In this document: positions 10,705 to 20,652 of the stretch, piece after piece
Position numbering within the stretch: the first letter of the stretch is position 1
How the letters are laid out: each line of letters opens with the position of its first letter
Program-made: the position numbers and the translations under genes
The notes under the pieces: model-generated
Database searches by the model: none
The model's input: the letters and a program-made list of their open reading frames with translations, nothing else
Told to the model about the DNA's origin: nothing
DNA from: an uncultured Chloroflexia bacterium
Lineage (GTDB): Bacteria; Chloroflexota; Limnocylindria; Limnocylindrales; CSP1-4
Direction of reading: 5' to 3'
Length of the DNA stretch: 64,000 nt
Assembly (NCBI GenBank): GCA_963833225.1
Contig: CAWHXD010000006.1
Span: forward strand, 96,001-160,000

Positions 10705-11211
10705 TCAGGCGGGGCAGCTGCCGCCGTTCGCCCGCAACCGGAGTCGCCACGCGACGGTCACGGCCAGCAGCGCCAGCGATGCCGCGCCGATGTACGGCTG
10801 GATGGGCGCGTAGACGGTCATCGCGCCGCTCGCTCCGAGCAGCAGCAGAGCGATCTTGTTGCACACCGGGCAGCCGATGGCCAAAAAGGCGCCGAAGCCG
10901 GCGATGGATCCTAGGGCCGTCGTCCGCCGTTCAGCGCTGGCCGCCGCCGGTGCCATCGCGATGATCTCGATCGGTGACGTCGACGGCGGCGCTGGTGCCG
11001 TGTAGGTGGCCATCACGAGGCCCATCAGCGGAGCCGACAGCAGCCATGTCCAGATCGCAACGGTCGTGGGAGCCACGGACCGACCGAAGACCGGGTTGGG
11101 GATGATCGCGGTCGCGATCCCGAACACGAACCCCGACGCGATCGCCCACAGGACGGTATGGGCCAGCAGGCGTCGGTCCCGAAGGGCGAGGAGCGGGCAG
11201 GAGGCAGGCAT
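10705..11211 (-). CDS. small membrane protein with a CPVC motif
   Basis: Four hydrophobic segments, AIGCPVCNK, C-terminal SCP; directly downstream of ArsR. Confidence 0.75.
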   Translation of the reverse strand: MPASCPLLALRDRRLLAHTVLWAIASGFVFGIATAIIPNPVFGRSVAPTTVAIWTWLLSAPLMGLVMATYTAPAPPSTSPIEIIAMAPAAASAERRTTALGSIAGFGAFLAIGCPVCNKIALLLLGASGAMTVYAPIQPYIGAASLALLAVTVAWRLRLRANGGSCPA

Positions 11212-11226
11212 AATTCGATCGGCGGC

Positions 11227-11589
11227 TCAGCTCGGGGACGGCCCTGAGACGGCCACCCTCGGGGAATCGGGCGGCCCGGCCCGCCTGCCACCGCGGCGCT
11301 CCACGATCCCGCTGACGATGTCGCAGGCGGCGATGATCGCCGGCTCAGCAAGCCGGTATCGAACGGTCGTGCCGTCCCGCATCCCCTCGACGAGACCCGC
11401 GGAACGCATCACGGCGAGGTGCTGGCTGGTGTTCGCGAGGGTGCTCCGGATGGTCCCGGCAAGCTCCCCCACCGACCGCTCCCCCGACCGCAGGGCGTTG
11501 AGCAGGGCCAGGCGCTTGGGGTCCGTGAGGACCTTGCACAGCTCCGCATGGAGCCGGTAGCGGTCCAGGTCATCGTCGAGCGTGGGCAT
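11227..11589 (-). CDS. ArsR/SmtB family transcriptional regulator
   Basis: KVLTDPKRLALL, SVGELA, SQHLAVMR winged HTH. Confidence 0.9.
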   Translation of the reverse strand: MPTLDDDLDRYRLHAELCKVLTDPKRLALLNALRSGERSVGELAGTIRSTLANTSQHLAVMRSAGLVEGMRDGTTVRYRLAEPAIIAACDIVSGIVERRGGRRAGPPDSPRVAVSGPSPS

Positions 11590-11652
11590 GGCGTCACGGT
11601 ACAACTGGTTGCGTGGTTGCGCAAGTATGCGGACCGGGTGTGCAATCACGCG

Positions 11653-12645
11653 ATGAGCGACGATCCGCGTACCGAACTGCCGGTACCCAACCGGCGACCC
11701 CCGCGCCGGACCAACGCGGATGGCGCGCGGCCCCGCCCGGTCGTGGAGCCGTCGCTGGTCTTTGAGCCTCCGCCACCCCCACGTCGGTACGGCGACCCCG
11801 CGATGCGCCAGGACCTTGGGCTCGTGCTGTTCGTGATCGTCGCGATCGCGTTCGGCATCGTGGCCTGGAATCTCACCGGCGACCTGACCAGGGATGCGCT
11901 TACCCCGGGGCCGTCGGCGTCACCGGCTGCCCCGGGATCCGCTTCATCGAGCCCAGATGCATCCGGGTCACCGTCGCCGTCGTCAGCGCCTCCGGCATCG
12001 GCCTCACCCACGCCGACGCCCCGTCCGCAGCGCGCACCGGTCAACGTCCGGATCGAGCCACGACCGGCCGCCGCCTTCGCCTCGGAGGTCAAGAACACGT
12101 GGTGTGCCGCCGCGGCGGTCCAGATCGCCCTCAATGTCAACGGCGCTGACAGCCGGATCGACACCACGCGAGCGCGCCAGGCCCGGATCCGGAAGCTCGA
12201 GGTGAAGCTGACGACCCGTGACGACAGCCGGAATGGCGGAACGGGACCCCTCGGCATGGTCGCGACGCTGGAGCGCCTGGGGAAGGTGAGCTACGACCTG
12301 CGCATCTACCCGAGCCGAGCCGCCGCCCTGCGGGCCGCGGCGAAGTCGATCTCGAAGACAGGCCACGCGGCGATCCTGCTCGCGTGGCGCGGCGCGCATG
12401 CCTGGGTGATGACCGGCTATCGCGCGGACGCGGATCCAACCGTGTTCAGCAATGCGAAGGTGACCGGCGCCTACATCATCGACCCGTGGTACCCGCGGGT
12501 GTCCGCGATCTGGGGGCCGTCGGACAAGCCCGGCGTGTTCCAGAACGCCGCCGAGATGCGCCGCAACTACCTGCCCTGGAAGCGGCCCGAGGGCAAGTAC
12601 CCCGGGCGGGACGGCAAGTTCCTGGTCCTCATCCCCACCAGCTAG
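11653..12645 (+). CDS. membrane-anchored C39-like (papain-fold) peptidase domain protein
   Basis: TM, Ser/Pro linker, then WCAAAA ... HAWVMTGY ... IIDPW (Cys-His-Asp order). Confidence 0.65.
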   Translation: MSDDPRTELPVPNRRPPRRTNADGARPRPVVEPSLVFEPPPPPRRYGDPAMRQDLGLVLFVIVAIAFGIVAWNLTGDLTRDALTPGPSASPAAPGSASSSPDASGSPSPSSAPPASASPTPTPRPQRAPVNVRIEPRPAAAFASEVKNTWCAAAAVQIALNVNGADSRIDTTRARQARIRKLEVKLTTRDDSRNGGTGPLGMVATLERLGKVSYDLRIYPSRAAALRAAAKSISKTGHAAILLAWRGAHAWVMTGYRADADPTVFSNAKVTGAYIIDPWYPRVSAIWGPSDKPGVFQNAAEMRRNYLPWKRPEGKYPGRDGKFLVLIPTS

Positions 12646-12647
12646 AG

Positions 12648-13256
12648 TCAGGGCGCCGCCAGCTCCACGTCGCCCGAGGCGAGGAGGGCGTTGTCCGACG
12701 CGTCCCGGATCGCCAGCGTCCAGGTCCCGGGCGCCAGCGCGCACTCGGGCGCGGTGGGCTCGGACGAGGTCACCCGGAACGAGCCGTCGGCGGTCGCGAA
12801 CCGCTCCAGGACCAGGCGTGCGACCTCCGTTGACACCCGCAGCTCGCCGACCGGTCCCCCTGTCCGCCACTCGATCCGGAGGTCGGTGGCACGGGCGGGG
12901 ATCGTCGCCGTCCACGTGCGCTCGGTGCCGTCGCACCGCCAGATCGCGGGTTCAAACCGGATGACCCCGGGTCCGCCGTTTCCGCCCAGGACCACCGCGA
13001 TGACCACGGCGGCCACGATGACGCCGTTGAGGATGAGCGCTCGCGCCACCGGGAAGCCGTCGCGTGCCGGCTCACGGGCAACCTCGTCGGCCGTCGGCGC
13101 CGCCCTTCGCGCGCCGCAACGACCGCAGAAGTCGTCACCGGCAGCCCGCTCAGAATCGCAGCGCGGACAGATCCATGGACCCGCGACGGGAGGGTCGCGA
13201 TCCGCTTCGGGCTCGGCTGCAGGATCAGGGGCGGTCACGCGTGCATCATCGCGCAT
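12648..13256 (-). CDS. zinc-ribbon membrane protein
   Basis: CPRC...FCGRCG, single TM, extracellular beta-rich domain. Confidence 0.7.
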   Translation of the reverse strand: MRDDARVTAPDPAAEPEADRDPPVAGPWICPRCDSERAAGDDFCGRCGARRAAPTADEVAREPARDGFPVARALILNGVIVAAVVIAVVLGGNGGPGVIRFEPAIWRCDGTERTWTATIPARATDLRIEWRTGGPVGELRVSTEVARLVLERFATADGSFRVTSSEPTAPECALAPGTWTLAIRDASDNALLASGDVELAAP

Positions 13257-13275
13257 GACCGGCGCCGCGCGGCTC

Positions 13276-13605
13276 TCAGGCGTCGTCGTGCAGGACCGGA
13301 AGCGCCCGGGAGGCGGCGGGCAGGCGCAGCAAGCTCAGCTCGCCGGCGATCGTTCTGAAGCGGTCCGCGGCCTCGGGGCGGATCCAGTAGTACACGTTGG
13401 ATGCGCGTCGCTCGGAGCCAACCCAGCCCGTCTCCCGCAGGACCCTGAGGTGGTGGCTCACGGTCGGCTGCTCAACCGCGCAGCAGGCGGTGAAGTCACA
13501 CGCGCACACGCGGCCTCCGCCGGCGAGCTGGCGCAGGATCGCGAGCCGGGTGGGGTCGGCGGCGCCCTGCAGGAGCCGGGCATCCGGATCGAGGATGCGC
13601 TTCAT
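13276..13605 (-). CDS. arsR: ArsR family regulator, arsenic-sensing type
   Basis: ADPTRLAIL, VCACDFTACC, QPTVSHHL; divergent from arsM. Confidence 0.9.
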   Translation of the reverse strand: MKRILDPDARLLQGAADPTRLAILRQLAGGGRVCACDFTACCAVEQPTVSHHLRVLRETGWVGSERRASNVYYWIRPEAADRFRTIAGELSLLRLPAASRALPVLHDDA

Positions 13606-13612
13606 GCCAGAC

Positions 13613-13650
13613 AGCATATTGACAAACATCGATATCGGCAAGTATCAATA
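13613..13650. promoter_or_regulatory. divergent arsR/arsM promoter with probable ArsR operator
   Basis: TATTGA...TCAATA inverted ends around ATCGAT; minus strand TTGCCG-17-TATGCT; plus strand TTGACA at 13619. Confidence 0.65.
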
Positions 13651-13686
13651 CAGCGCTACGCCACCAGCACCCGGGAGATGCCGACC

Positions 13687-14514
13687 ATGATCGCCGAGAC
13701 CGTCCACGAGCAGGTTCGCGCGCGCTACGCCGCCGCCGCCGCCCAGGCTGCCGAGGGTGCGTGTTGTGCCGGCGACAACCAGGAGATCGGGCCGGAGCTG
13801 TACTCCGCCCCCGAGCGGGACGAGCTGCCCCAGGCCGCCGTGCTTGCCTCGCTCGGTTGCGGCAACCCGATCGCGGTCGCCGAGCTCCGCGAGGGCGAGC
13901 GAGTCCTGGACCTCGGTTCCGGCGGCGGCATCGACGTCCTGCTGACCGCCAGGCGCGTCGGTTCCACCGGACGGGCGTTCGGCCTGGACATGACCGACGA
14001 GATGCTCGCGCTCGCGCAGCGCAACGCGTCGGAGGCCGGCGCCACGAACGTGGAGTTCCTGCGCGGCCACATCGAGTCCATCCCGCTGCCTGCCGCATCC
14101 GTGGACGTGGTGATCAGCAACTGCGTCATCAACCTCGCGGCGGACAAGCCGGCCGTGTTCAGGGAGATTGCCCGAGTGCTGCGACCCGGCGGTCGCCTGG
14201 GCGTGACCGACATCGTGGCCGATGACCGCCTCAGCGAAGCCGAGCGTGCCGAGCGTGGCTCCTACACGGGCTGCATCGCCGGTGCCCTTTCCTTCTCGGA
14301 GTTCCGGGCCGGCCTGGAGGCCGTGGGGCTCGAGGATGTCACCATCACCCCCACCCATGACGTGGCGGACGGCATGACCAGCGCGATCGTCAAGGCGACC
14401 AAGCCCGCGAGCCCGGACGGGCAGCCCACGGGCCCTGCCCCCGCTCCCGCGACTGGCCGGGATGATCTCGCGCTCGCCGGCCCCGGGTGCTGCAGCGACC
14501 CGGGGTGCTGCTGA
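13687..14514 (+). CDS. arsM: arsenite S-adenosylmethionine methyltransferase
   Basis: [31 protein letters not shown]; CC pairs at both ends. Confidence 0.93.
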   Translation: MIAETVHEQVRARYAAAAAQAAEGACCAGDNQEIGPELYSAPERDELPQAAVLASLGCGNPIAVAELREGERVLDLGSGGGIDVLLTARRVGSTGRAFGLDMTDEMLALAQRNASEAGATNVEFLRGHIESIPLPAASVDVVISNCVINLAADKPAVFREIARVLRPGGRLGVTDIVADDRLSEAERAERGSYTGCIAGALSFSEFRAGLEAVGLEDVTITPTHDVADGMTSAIVKATKPASPDGQPTGPAPAPATGRDDLALAGPGCCSDPGCC

Positions 14515-14550
14515 CGCGAAACGAGCACGTCGTTCGCCTGACTCGCGACC

Positions 14551-16209
14551 TCAGGAACCGGCGATGCGGGCCTGGGCTTGCGCGTTGTCGATCGAGATCT
14601 GGTCCTTCGTTGCCTGGGTCACGCATACATAGTCATCAGCGATGACCTGGCGCCACCAGTAGCCGTCGATGCAGGTCTGTGGTCCATAGGCGCCGTCGTA
14701 CCACCGCTGGGCTGCGGTGATCGTGTCCTGGATCGTGGCGTTGCGGACTGGCTTGCCCACGCAGACATGGTCCTCGGGCGTCGCCTCGCGCCAGACGAAG
14801 CCCTCGATGCAGGTGTCGGTGCGGGGCGCAATCCGGAACGGGCCGCGCTCGTTGTCAAGGACCGTCATGGCTCGCACATCGGCGGTCACGCACACGAGGT
14901 CGCTGGAGAACGCCTCGCGCCACACGTATCCGGCGATGCAGGTCTGTGGTCCGTAGTCGCCGTTGACCCAGCGAGACGTCGCGGCCGCCTCATCGGCGCG
15001 GGCCTGCTTGACGGTCTTTGACGTCACGCAGGTCCTGTCGTCCGCGGTGATCAGCCGCCAGGAGAAACCGTTGACGCAGGCACCCGGGGGTAGCGGCGTC
15101 GGGCTCGGCGTGGGCGTCAGGTCCGGCGTCGGCGACGGAGGCTCGGCCGAGGCTGGTCCATCCGACGGCGGCTCGTCAGACGGAGGCGCGTCGCTCACCG
15201 GCGGCACGGACGGCGAGACCAGCCCGCTGGGCGCGTCCGTCGCGTTGGCGATCAGGCTTGGCGATTCGGACGGCCCGGGCGGCAGCACGCCGAGCGCGAA
15301 ACCCGCGAGCGCAAGGACGGCGATCCCGGCCGCCGCGATTCCGACCGTGGGGAGCCATCCGGGAAAGCGCGCGGTCTGCACAAGCGTCCCGCCCGCCGTG
15401 GCGCCGGGCCGGCCGTCGGCGAGGACATCGACCTTGAATGCCCGCCGCTCCGCCGCGCCCAGCGCGATCGATGTGCGGGGCGTCACGCGGAGGGTGGTCC
15501 GGAGCTGGCCGCCGGCGGGAAGGAGCTGGGGCTCCGGGTCCAGCTCCAGGCGAAGGGCCTCGTCCGGGTCGGTGGCTGCGAGCATGACCTCGGCCGGACG
15601 ATTGCCGCGGTTGTCGACTCGGACCTCGTAGGTGGTGGTTCCGCTTGCCTTCGCCGTTGCCGGCACGATCGTGGCGGCCAGCGCACGGAGCTCGCCGACC
15701 GTGAGAACGCCGCTCTCGGTGGCCTCCTCCTCAGGGTGCTCGTGCGAGCTCGCGCGGACCAGGAACGACACTGGACCGGCCAGCGCCAGGGGCTGAAGCG
15801 GTGGCCGGAGCCGGATCGTGCAGGTGGCGTCGGTACCGGGCATGAGCCGCAGGACCGGTGTCTCGACCTCGGCCCACGAGGCGATCGGCCCCTCGACCGC
15901 GATCCGCAGCTCGTCAACAACCGTTCCCGTGTTGCGCGCCCGGAGCTTGACCGCGGCCATCCCTCCCGGGTCGGCGGCGACCGAGGTCGGTTCGAGCGTG
16001 GTCGCGACGCTGTCGGTTGGCCGCGACACGGGACGTGGAACCGGGGAAGACTCCCCGGGCCGCCGCGCCTGCACCCCGGGCGTGAGGACTGTCGGGGGCG
16101 GTTGGGAGACGGGCAGCTCGCCCTGGGCGGCCATGGGCGCGCCGCAGGTGCCGCAGAACCGGGCATCCGGCTCCAGGACCTGCCCGCCGCAGACGGCGCA
16201 CGTGCGCAT
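14551..16209 (-). CDS. zinc ribbon, Ig-like domains, TM and four extracellular Cys repeats
   Basis: CAVCG...FCGTCG; two beta-rich domains; TM; 4x CxxGxxWRxxxxxDxxCV. Confidence 0.78.
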   Translation of the reverse strand: MRTCAVCGGQVLEPDARFCGTCGAPMAAQGELPVSQPPPTVLTPGVQARRPGESSPVPRPVSRPTDSVATTLEPTSVAADPGGMAAVKLRARNTGTVVDELRIAVEGPIASWAEVETPVLRLMPGTDATCTIRLRPPLQPLALAGPVSFLVRASSHEHPEEEATESGVLTVGELRALAATIVPATAKASGTTTYEVRVDNRGNRPAEVMLAATDPDEALRLELDPEPQLLPAGGQLRTTLRVTPRTSIALGAAERRAFKVDVLADGRPGATAGGTLVQTARFPGWLPTVGIAAAGIAVLALAGFALGVLPPGPSESPSLIANATDAPSGLVSPSVPPVSDAPPSDEPPSDGPASAEPPSPTPDLTPTPSPTPLPPGACVNGFSWRLITADDRTCVTSKTVKQARADEAAATSRWVNGDYGPQTCIAGYVWREAFSSDLVCVTADVRAMTVLDNERGPFRIAPRTDTCIEGFVWREATPEDHVCVGKPVRNATIQDTITAAQRWYDGAYGPQTCIDGYWWRQVIADDYVCVTQATKDQISIDNAQAQARIAGS

Positions 16210-16435
16210 GGGACGCCTCCGAGTCGTCGCGGCGCTCACCGGTGGCCGCAGGGTCCCACAGCCTAGCCGATGGTCGGGCGGGAGGCCACCCCAGTCGCCG
16301 CGTCGGCTCGGCGGCGGACGGACGGCCTATCGGTCCGACGGGTGTTCCTGAAGCGCCGGACGCACCGCGGCTCCCTGTCCCGGACGCGGTCCGGGACAGG
16401 GGAGCCGATTTCGATGCGGCCGTGCCGGGGGCGGT

Positions 16436-17131
16436 TCAGGCCGGGCGCGTGCCCTCCACGGAGGGGTCTATCGGCATCGTGCCGGCTGGCGCCGGGAACG
16501 CCGCCGGATCGACGGTCTGGGTGTCGGTGGTGTCCCAGGACGCGGAAGCTGCCGTCGGGTCGGCCTGGCCGGACAGCGGTGCAGCCGGAGCAACGGGCGC
16601 TTGCTCGTCGCGCCGGCGGACCGACGACACCAGGAGCGCCGCCCCCAGGGCGAGGATCACCGCGGGCCCGAGGATGGCGCCGAAGACCCAGCCGGGCAGG
16701 GCGGCATCCGCCAGTGCGATTGCGCCGAACACGATCAGCACGACGCCGATGATCGCGCCGGCCCCGAGCCCCCGGGTGTCGGTGCGCCGGATGGCGGCCG
16801 GCTGGGGGGTCGCGGACCACTCCCGGCTCCATCCCGGGGCCGCCGGCGGAGCGGACCAGCCGGAGGCCGCGCCGGACGGGGCGCCGGGCCATCCGGCCGG
16901 AGCTCCCGGCGCGGCCCAGCCGGCGGGCCCGGACACCGTCGTCCAGGGCGCCGACGGGATCACCAGTGCGAGGATCACGTAGGCCAGCAGGGCCAGCCCG
17001 CCGGACGCGATGCCGACGATGATCCACAGGATCCGGACGACCGTCGGGTCGATGTCGAGGTACTCCGCCATGCCGCCGGCAACGCCGGCGAGCTGGCGAT
17101 CACGACTGCGGTACAGACGACGCGGGTTCAC
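16436..17131 (-). CDS. PspC domain membrane protein
   Basis: RRLYRSRDRQLAGVAGGMAEYLDIDPTVVR. Confidence 0.88.
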   Translation of the reverse strand: MNPRRLYRSRDRQLAGVAGGMAEYLDIDPTVVRILWIIVGIASGGLALLAYVILALVIPSAPWTTVSGPAGWAAPGAPAGWPGAPSGAASGWSAPPAAPGWSREWSATPQPAAIRRTDTRGLGAGAIIGVVLIVFGAIALADAALPGWVFGAILGPAVILALGAALLVSSVRRRDEQAPVAPAAPLSGQADPTAASASWDTTDTQTVDPAAFPAPAGTMPIDPSVEGTRPA

Positions 17132-18093
17132 TTGCACCCTCCCATGGGATTGATGGTCACGGAGCCAACGCTTGCCTCGATGGCGAGGTTGGCCTTGAAC
17201 GGAGCGGAGTCGTAGCCGGGCGTCACCCAGGCGCCGTCCTGCCGGACGAGCCCGTTGAGGTGGATGGAGCCCAGCGCAGCGGTGGAGCGCACGCGCAGCC
17301 CGAGGTCGCTCGGCGCGCACACCTCGAGCGAGCCGGCGTTCGCCGCGAGATCGCCGTCGAACGAAGCGGCCGGGAGCACGATCCCGGCTGACCCGGCATT
17401 CACCTCCAGGGCGAGGTGATCGAGGGTGGCGCCGGTGAGATCGACATGCGTCTCTCCGGAATTGACACTCAGGTCGAGGACGCCCAGGCGGGCGCCGCCG
17501 AGATCGAGTCGCCCGCGGCCGGCGTTGAGCTCGGTCACGAGGTCGATGGTCGTCGCCGTCGGGAGCGTGACGTTCCAGTCCACCCGGCCGGTGTGCTGGC
17601 GCAGGCGGCCGGAACCGCGGTCCGCCCCGACCGTCAGGCGGCCGTCCTCGGCGTTGACGTTCGTCAGGCGATTGTCGCCGTCACTGGCGGCGAGCCGCCA
17701 CGAGTTCCCGGGCTGCGTGTCCACCGAGAGCTCGCCGCAGGAGAGGCTCAGGTTGACAGCCGCGGCGCTTCCGAACGAGCCATCGTGCGTTTCGGCGGCG
17801 CGGAGTGGCGCGGCGCCGTCCGTGCACGGGACCGACAGGTGCGGCACCGTGACGACAGAGGCGCCGAGTGCCAGGCCCGGCAGCAGGGCCGCGACAATGC
17901 CGCCCGTGAGTGCCGCCGGCGAGCGGCGCAGCACGAGGCCCGCCCCGATCGCGATCACGGCGAGCGGCCACAGCACGCCCACGGTGTCCGCAACCGCGGC
18001 ACGGTCCAGGACGCCGGCAGCGACACCGAGCGTCACCCCTCCGGCGGCGAGCAGGAAGACGCCCGCGTAGAGGCTTCCACGTCTGATGGTCAT
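17128..18093 (-). CDS. LiaF/LiaG-like membrane protein with a beta-solenoid (toast-rack) domain
   Basis: LWPLAVIAIG TM region followed by repeated xNAG/xNSG beta rungs; overlaps PspC start; SD AGGAGG. Confidence 0.7.
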   Translation of the reverse strand: MTIRRGSLYAGVFLLAAGGVTLGVAAGVLDRAAVADTVGVLWPLAVIAIGAGLVLRRSPAALTGGIVAALLPGLALGASVVTVPHLSVPCTDGAAPLRAAETHDGSFGSAAAVNLSLSCGELSVDTQPGNSWRLAASDGDNRLTNVNAEDGRLTVGADRGSGRLRQHTGRVDWNVTLPTATTIDLVTELNAGRGRLDLGGARLGVLDLSVNSGETHVDLTGATLDHLALEVNAGSAGIVLPAASFDGDLAANAGSLEVCAPSDLGLRVRSTAALGSIHLNGLVRQDGAWVTPGYDSAPFKANLAIEASVGSVTINPMGGCK

Positions 18094-18433
18094 GACATCC
18101 ATCCCTCCTGGGACAGTCGTGGCGCGGCCCTCGGTCGGGGTCGGCGCTGGGCATCGGGGTTGATGCCATGAATGTGCGCCGGGATCGCCGCCGCTCCCAG
18201 CCGGGCAGCGGGCATCTTGGGGGTGGGGGAATCCCTACCGAGGGCAGGCGAGTCGGGGATTCCGAAGGGTCGCGAGGATCAGCTCGAAGCGCGTGGAAGA
18301 CGCACAGCTCCAAACGCTTCCCGGAAACCAGAACAGGTCTGGCAGGCGCACGAGACCATGGCTCCTCAGCCGGTCATGAGTGCGGGATGCCGGAAATCGC
18401 GCGCAGGACCACCCGGCTGCGCGGCCGGAGTGG

Positions 18434-18805
18434 TGGTGGAGATGGGGGAGAGTCGAACTCCCCGTCCAGAACCCTTCGCCTGGATCCACTACGAGCGTGT
18501 CCGATGATTTTCGTCAACCGGTCGGCCGCCCATCGGCAGGCTTCCGTCCGGTCCATTCACGTGTCCCTAGATCGGGCTTGGCTCCCGGGTACGCGACCTC
18601 TCCGGGGTTGCACCTTCGCTAAGTGACACTTCCACGGCCCGCGAAGGGGAGGCCGCTTCCATGCTCACCTTACCGCCTAAGCGGCGAGGGCGAGAGCAGG
18701 CTGCTTGTTGGCAGTTACTTCTGTTTGCCGCCTGTTTTACGAGGCCTGACGGCACCTCGGCTCGCGTCTCCAGACAGCTGAGCCCTGTCGAAACCACGCA
18801 TCCCC
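18434..18805 (-). ncRNA. ssrA: transfer-messenger RNA
   Basis: 5' GGGGATG..TTCGAC, 3' T-arm GTTCGACTC and CATCTCCACCA; tag ORF after AGTAACT reads ANKQPALALAA* (18712-18677); extended -10 TGcTAGGAT at ~18835-18843. Confidence 0.97.
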
Positions 18806-18932
18806 ACAGGATCGAACCGCTGTTCGGGGCGCGAATCCTAGCACTGGTCCTGCGGCAGGGCGAGCGGACCGTGATGAGGTTGCCCTGCGGGCGCGGTTGA
18901 CATCGGCCGTGGGGCACGCGCACCCTCGGCGC

Positions 18933-19523
18933 ATGACGACGCGACGCGTCTCCTGGCGACGGTCGGACGAGGTCCGGTCGGACGAGGTGTGCACGATCAC
19001 GGTGCGGGATGCCGGCCTGTCCCTTGTCGGGACCGTGCTGGGTGCGGAGGGCGGCGTCCCGGTCCGCACGGAGTACCGGATCCTCACCGATGCCAGCGGT
19101 GCCACGTCGGCGGTCCACGTCCGGGACCTGCGCGGGTTCGGGCAGCGCACCCTGATGCTCGCACGCGATGCGAGAGGTGCCTGGACGCTCGACGGCGTGG
19201 TCATCCGCGAGCTCAAGGGCTGCCTCGACGTCGATCTCGGGTGCAGCCCGTCGACGAACACGCTGCCGATCCGCCGCCTCCACCTGGGCATCGGCAGCTC
19301 GAAGACGGTCAAGGCGGCCATGATCCGGTTCCCTGACCTTGTCGTGGGGCCCGTCGGACAGGTGTACACGCGCGTCGACGAGTTCACGTACCGCTACGCC
19401 GCGGGTTCGTTCGAGGCGGAGCTGATCGTGGACGAGGACGGCGTGGTGGCCCAGTACGCCGGCTGGGAGCGCACGGGCGTGGCGACGGGGCCGGACGACA
19501 CCGCCCCGCTGGACGCGCGGTAG
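18933..19523 (+). CDS. putative glycolipid-binding domain protein
   Basis: GCLDVDLGCSPSTNTLPIRRL and VDEDG motifs. Confidence 0.8.
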   Translation: MTTRRVSWRRSDEVRSDEVCTITVRDAGLSLVGTVLGAEGGVPVRTEYRILTDASGATSAVHVRDLRGFGQRTLMLARDARGAWTLDGVVIRELKGCLDVDLGCSPSTNTLPIRRLHLGIGSSKTVKAAMIRFPDLVVGPVGQVYTRVDEFTYRYAAGSFEAELIVDEDGVVAQYAGWERTGVATGPDDTAPLDAR

Positions 19524-19557
19524 CCGGCACCGTCGAGCGTCGCCCGAGTATCAGCCG

Positions 19558-19965
19558 ATGGAGATCCGCGTTGCCGGGGCAGCCGACCTCGACGCCGTTG
19601 TCGCCCTGTGGCACGTGACCGGGCTCACGCGCCCGTGGAACGACCCGGTCGCCGACTTCGAGCGCGCCCTCGGAGGCGAGGCATCCACGATCCTGGTGGG
19701 CACCGACGGTGGCGAGCTGGCAGCCGTGGCGATGGTCGGCGACGACGGGCACCGTGGCTGGATCTACTACGTTGCCGTCCCCGAAGCGCGACGCGGGACG
19801 GGGCTGGGCGCCGCCATCGTCGATGCGGCCGAGGACTGGCTTCGCGCCCGAGGGTGTCCCAAGGTCCAGCTGATGGTCCGCGAGGAGAACGAGGCGGTCG
19901 TCGGGTTCTACCACGCCCTGGGCTACGAGCGCACCGAGGTCCTGGTGCTTGGCAAGTTCCTCTGA
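19558..19965 (+). CDS. GNAT acetyltransferase (YpeA-like)
   Basis: LTRPWNDP, GDDGHRGWIYYVAV, RGTGLG, GFYHALGY. Confidence 0.9.
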   Translation: MEIRVAGAADLDAVVALWHVTGLTRPWNDPVADFERALGGEASTILVGTDGGELAAVAMVGDDGHRGWIYYVAVPEARRGTGLGAAIVDAAEDWLRARGCPKVQLMVREENEAVVGFYHALGYERTEVLVLGKFL

Positions 19966-20028
19966 GATGGCCCCGCGCCCATCGCCGGAACCTCGGTCGC
20001 GGGTCACAGGAGCCGCTACCATCGGCCG

Positions 20029-20652
20029 ATGCGCCTGATCCCATGGGAGGAGGAGCGCCTCCAGGTCTTCGCCGCCGCCGAGCTCGCCCGGCGCCATCGC
20101 GCGGCGGGCATGCCGCTCAACCACCCGGAGACGATCGCCCTCATCTGTGACGCGATGCTCGAGGCGGCGCGGGCTGGAGCGACCGATGCCGAGGTGGAGG
20201 CGGCCGGCCGCGGGGCGGTGGCGCCCGACCAGGTCATGGACGGCGTTCGGGAGCTGATCCGCGAGGTGCGCCTGGAGGTGCTGCTGGGCGATGGCTCCCG
20301 GCTCATCGTGCTGCAGGACCCGCTCGGCCGCGGGACGCCGCCGGACCCGTTCGGACCGGGGGCGCTGGTGATCGGCGATCCCCGTGAGGTCGAGGTCAAC
20401 GAGGGCCGCGAGGCGATCTCGCTCGAGGTGACGAGCCGGTCGGCACGCCGGATCCGGATCTCGTCCCACTATCCGTTCCACCGCGTCAACCCGCGCCTCG
20501 AGTTGGATCGCGAGGCGGCCCGCGGGTTCCGTCTCGACCTGCCGGCCGGCGCGTACGAGGGCTGGGAGCCGGGCGAGACGAAGACGGTGCGGCTCGTGCG
20601 CTATGCGGGAGCTGGCGGGATCGACGACGACGCGCCCGAGCCGGAACGGTGA
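20029..20652 (+). CDS. urease-like gamma/beta subunit fusion, divergent
   Basis: gamma: EEERL..AAELARR..LNHPE; beta: NEGR..SSHYPF..NPRL..GFRLDLPAG..EPGETKTVRLV. Confidence 0.88.
   Translation: MRLIPWEEERLQVFAAAELARRHRAAGMPLNHPETIALICDAMLEAARAGATDAEVEAAGRGAVAPDQVMDGVRELIREVRLEVLLGDGSRLIVLQDPLGRGTPPDPFGPGALVIGDPREVEVNEGREAISLEVTSRSARRIRISSHYPFHRVNPRLELDREAARGFRLDLPAGAYEGWEPGETKTVRLVRYAGAGGIDDDAPEPER

Noticed and set aside
18222-18266. GGGGAATCCC / GGGGATTCC repeats as response-regulator boxes upstream of the LiaF/PspC-like genes
   Set aside because: Plausible but short and degenerate, with no cognate regulator in the window; not supportable from sequence alone.
14551-18434. Genomic island integrated at the tmRNA 3' end
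   Set aside because: No integrase and no duplicated ssrA 3' fragment (att site) was seen in the window.
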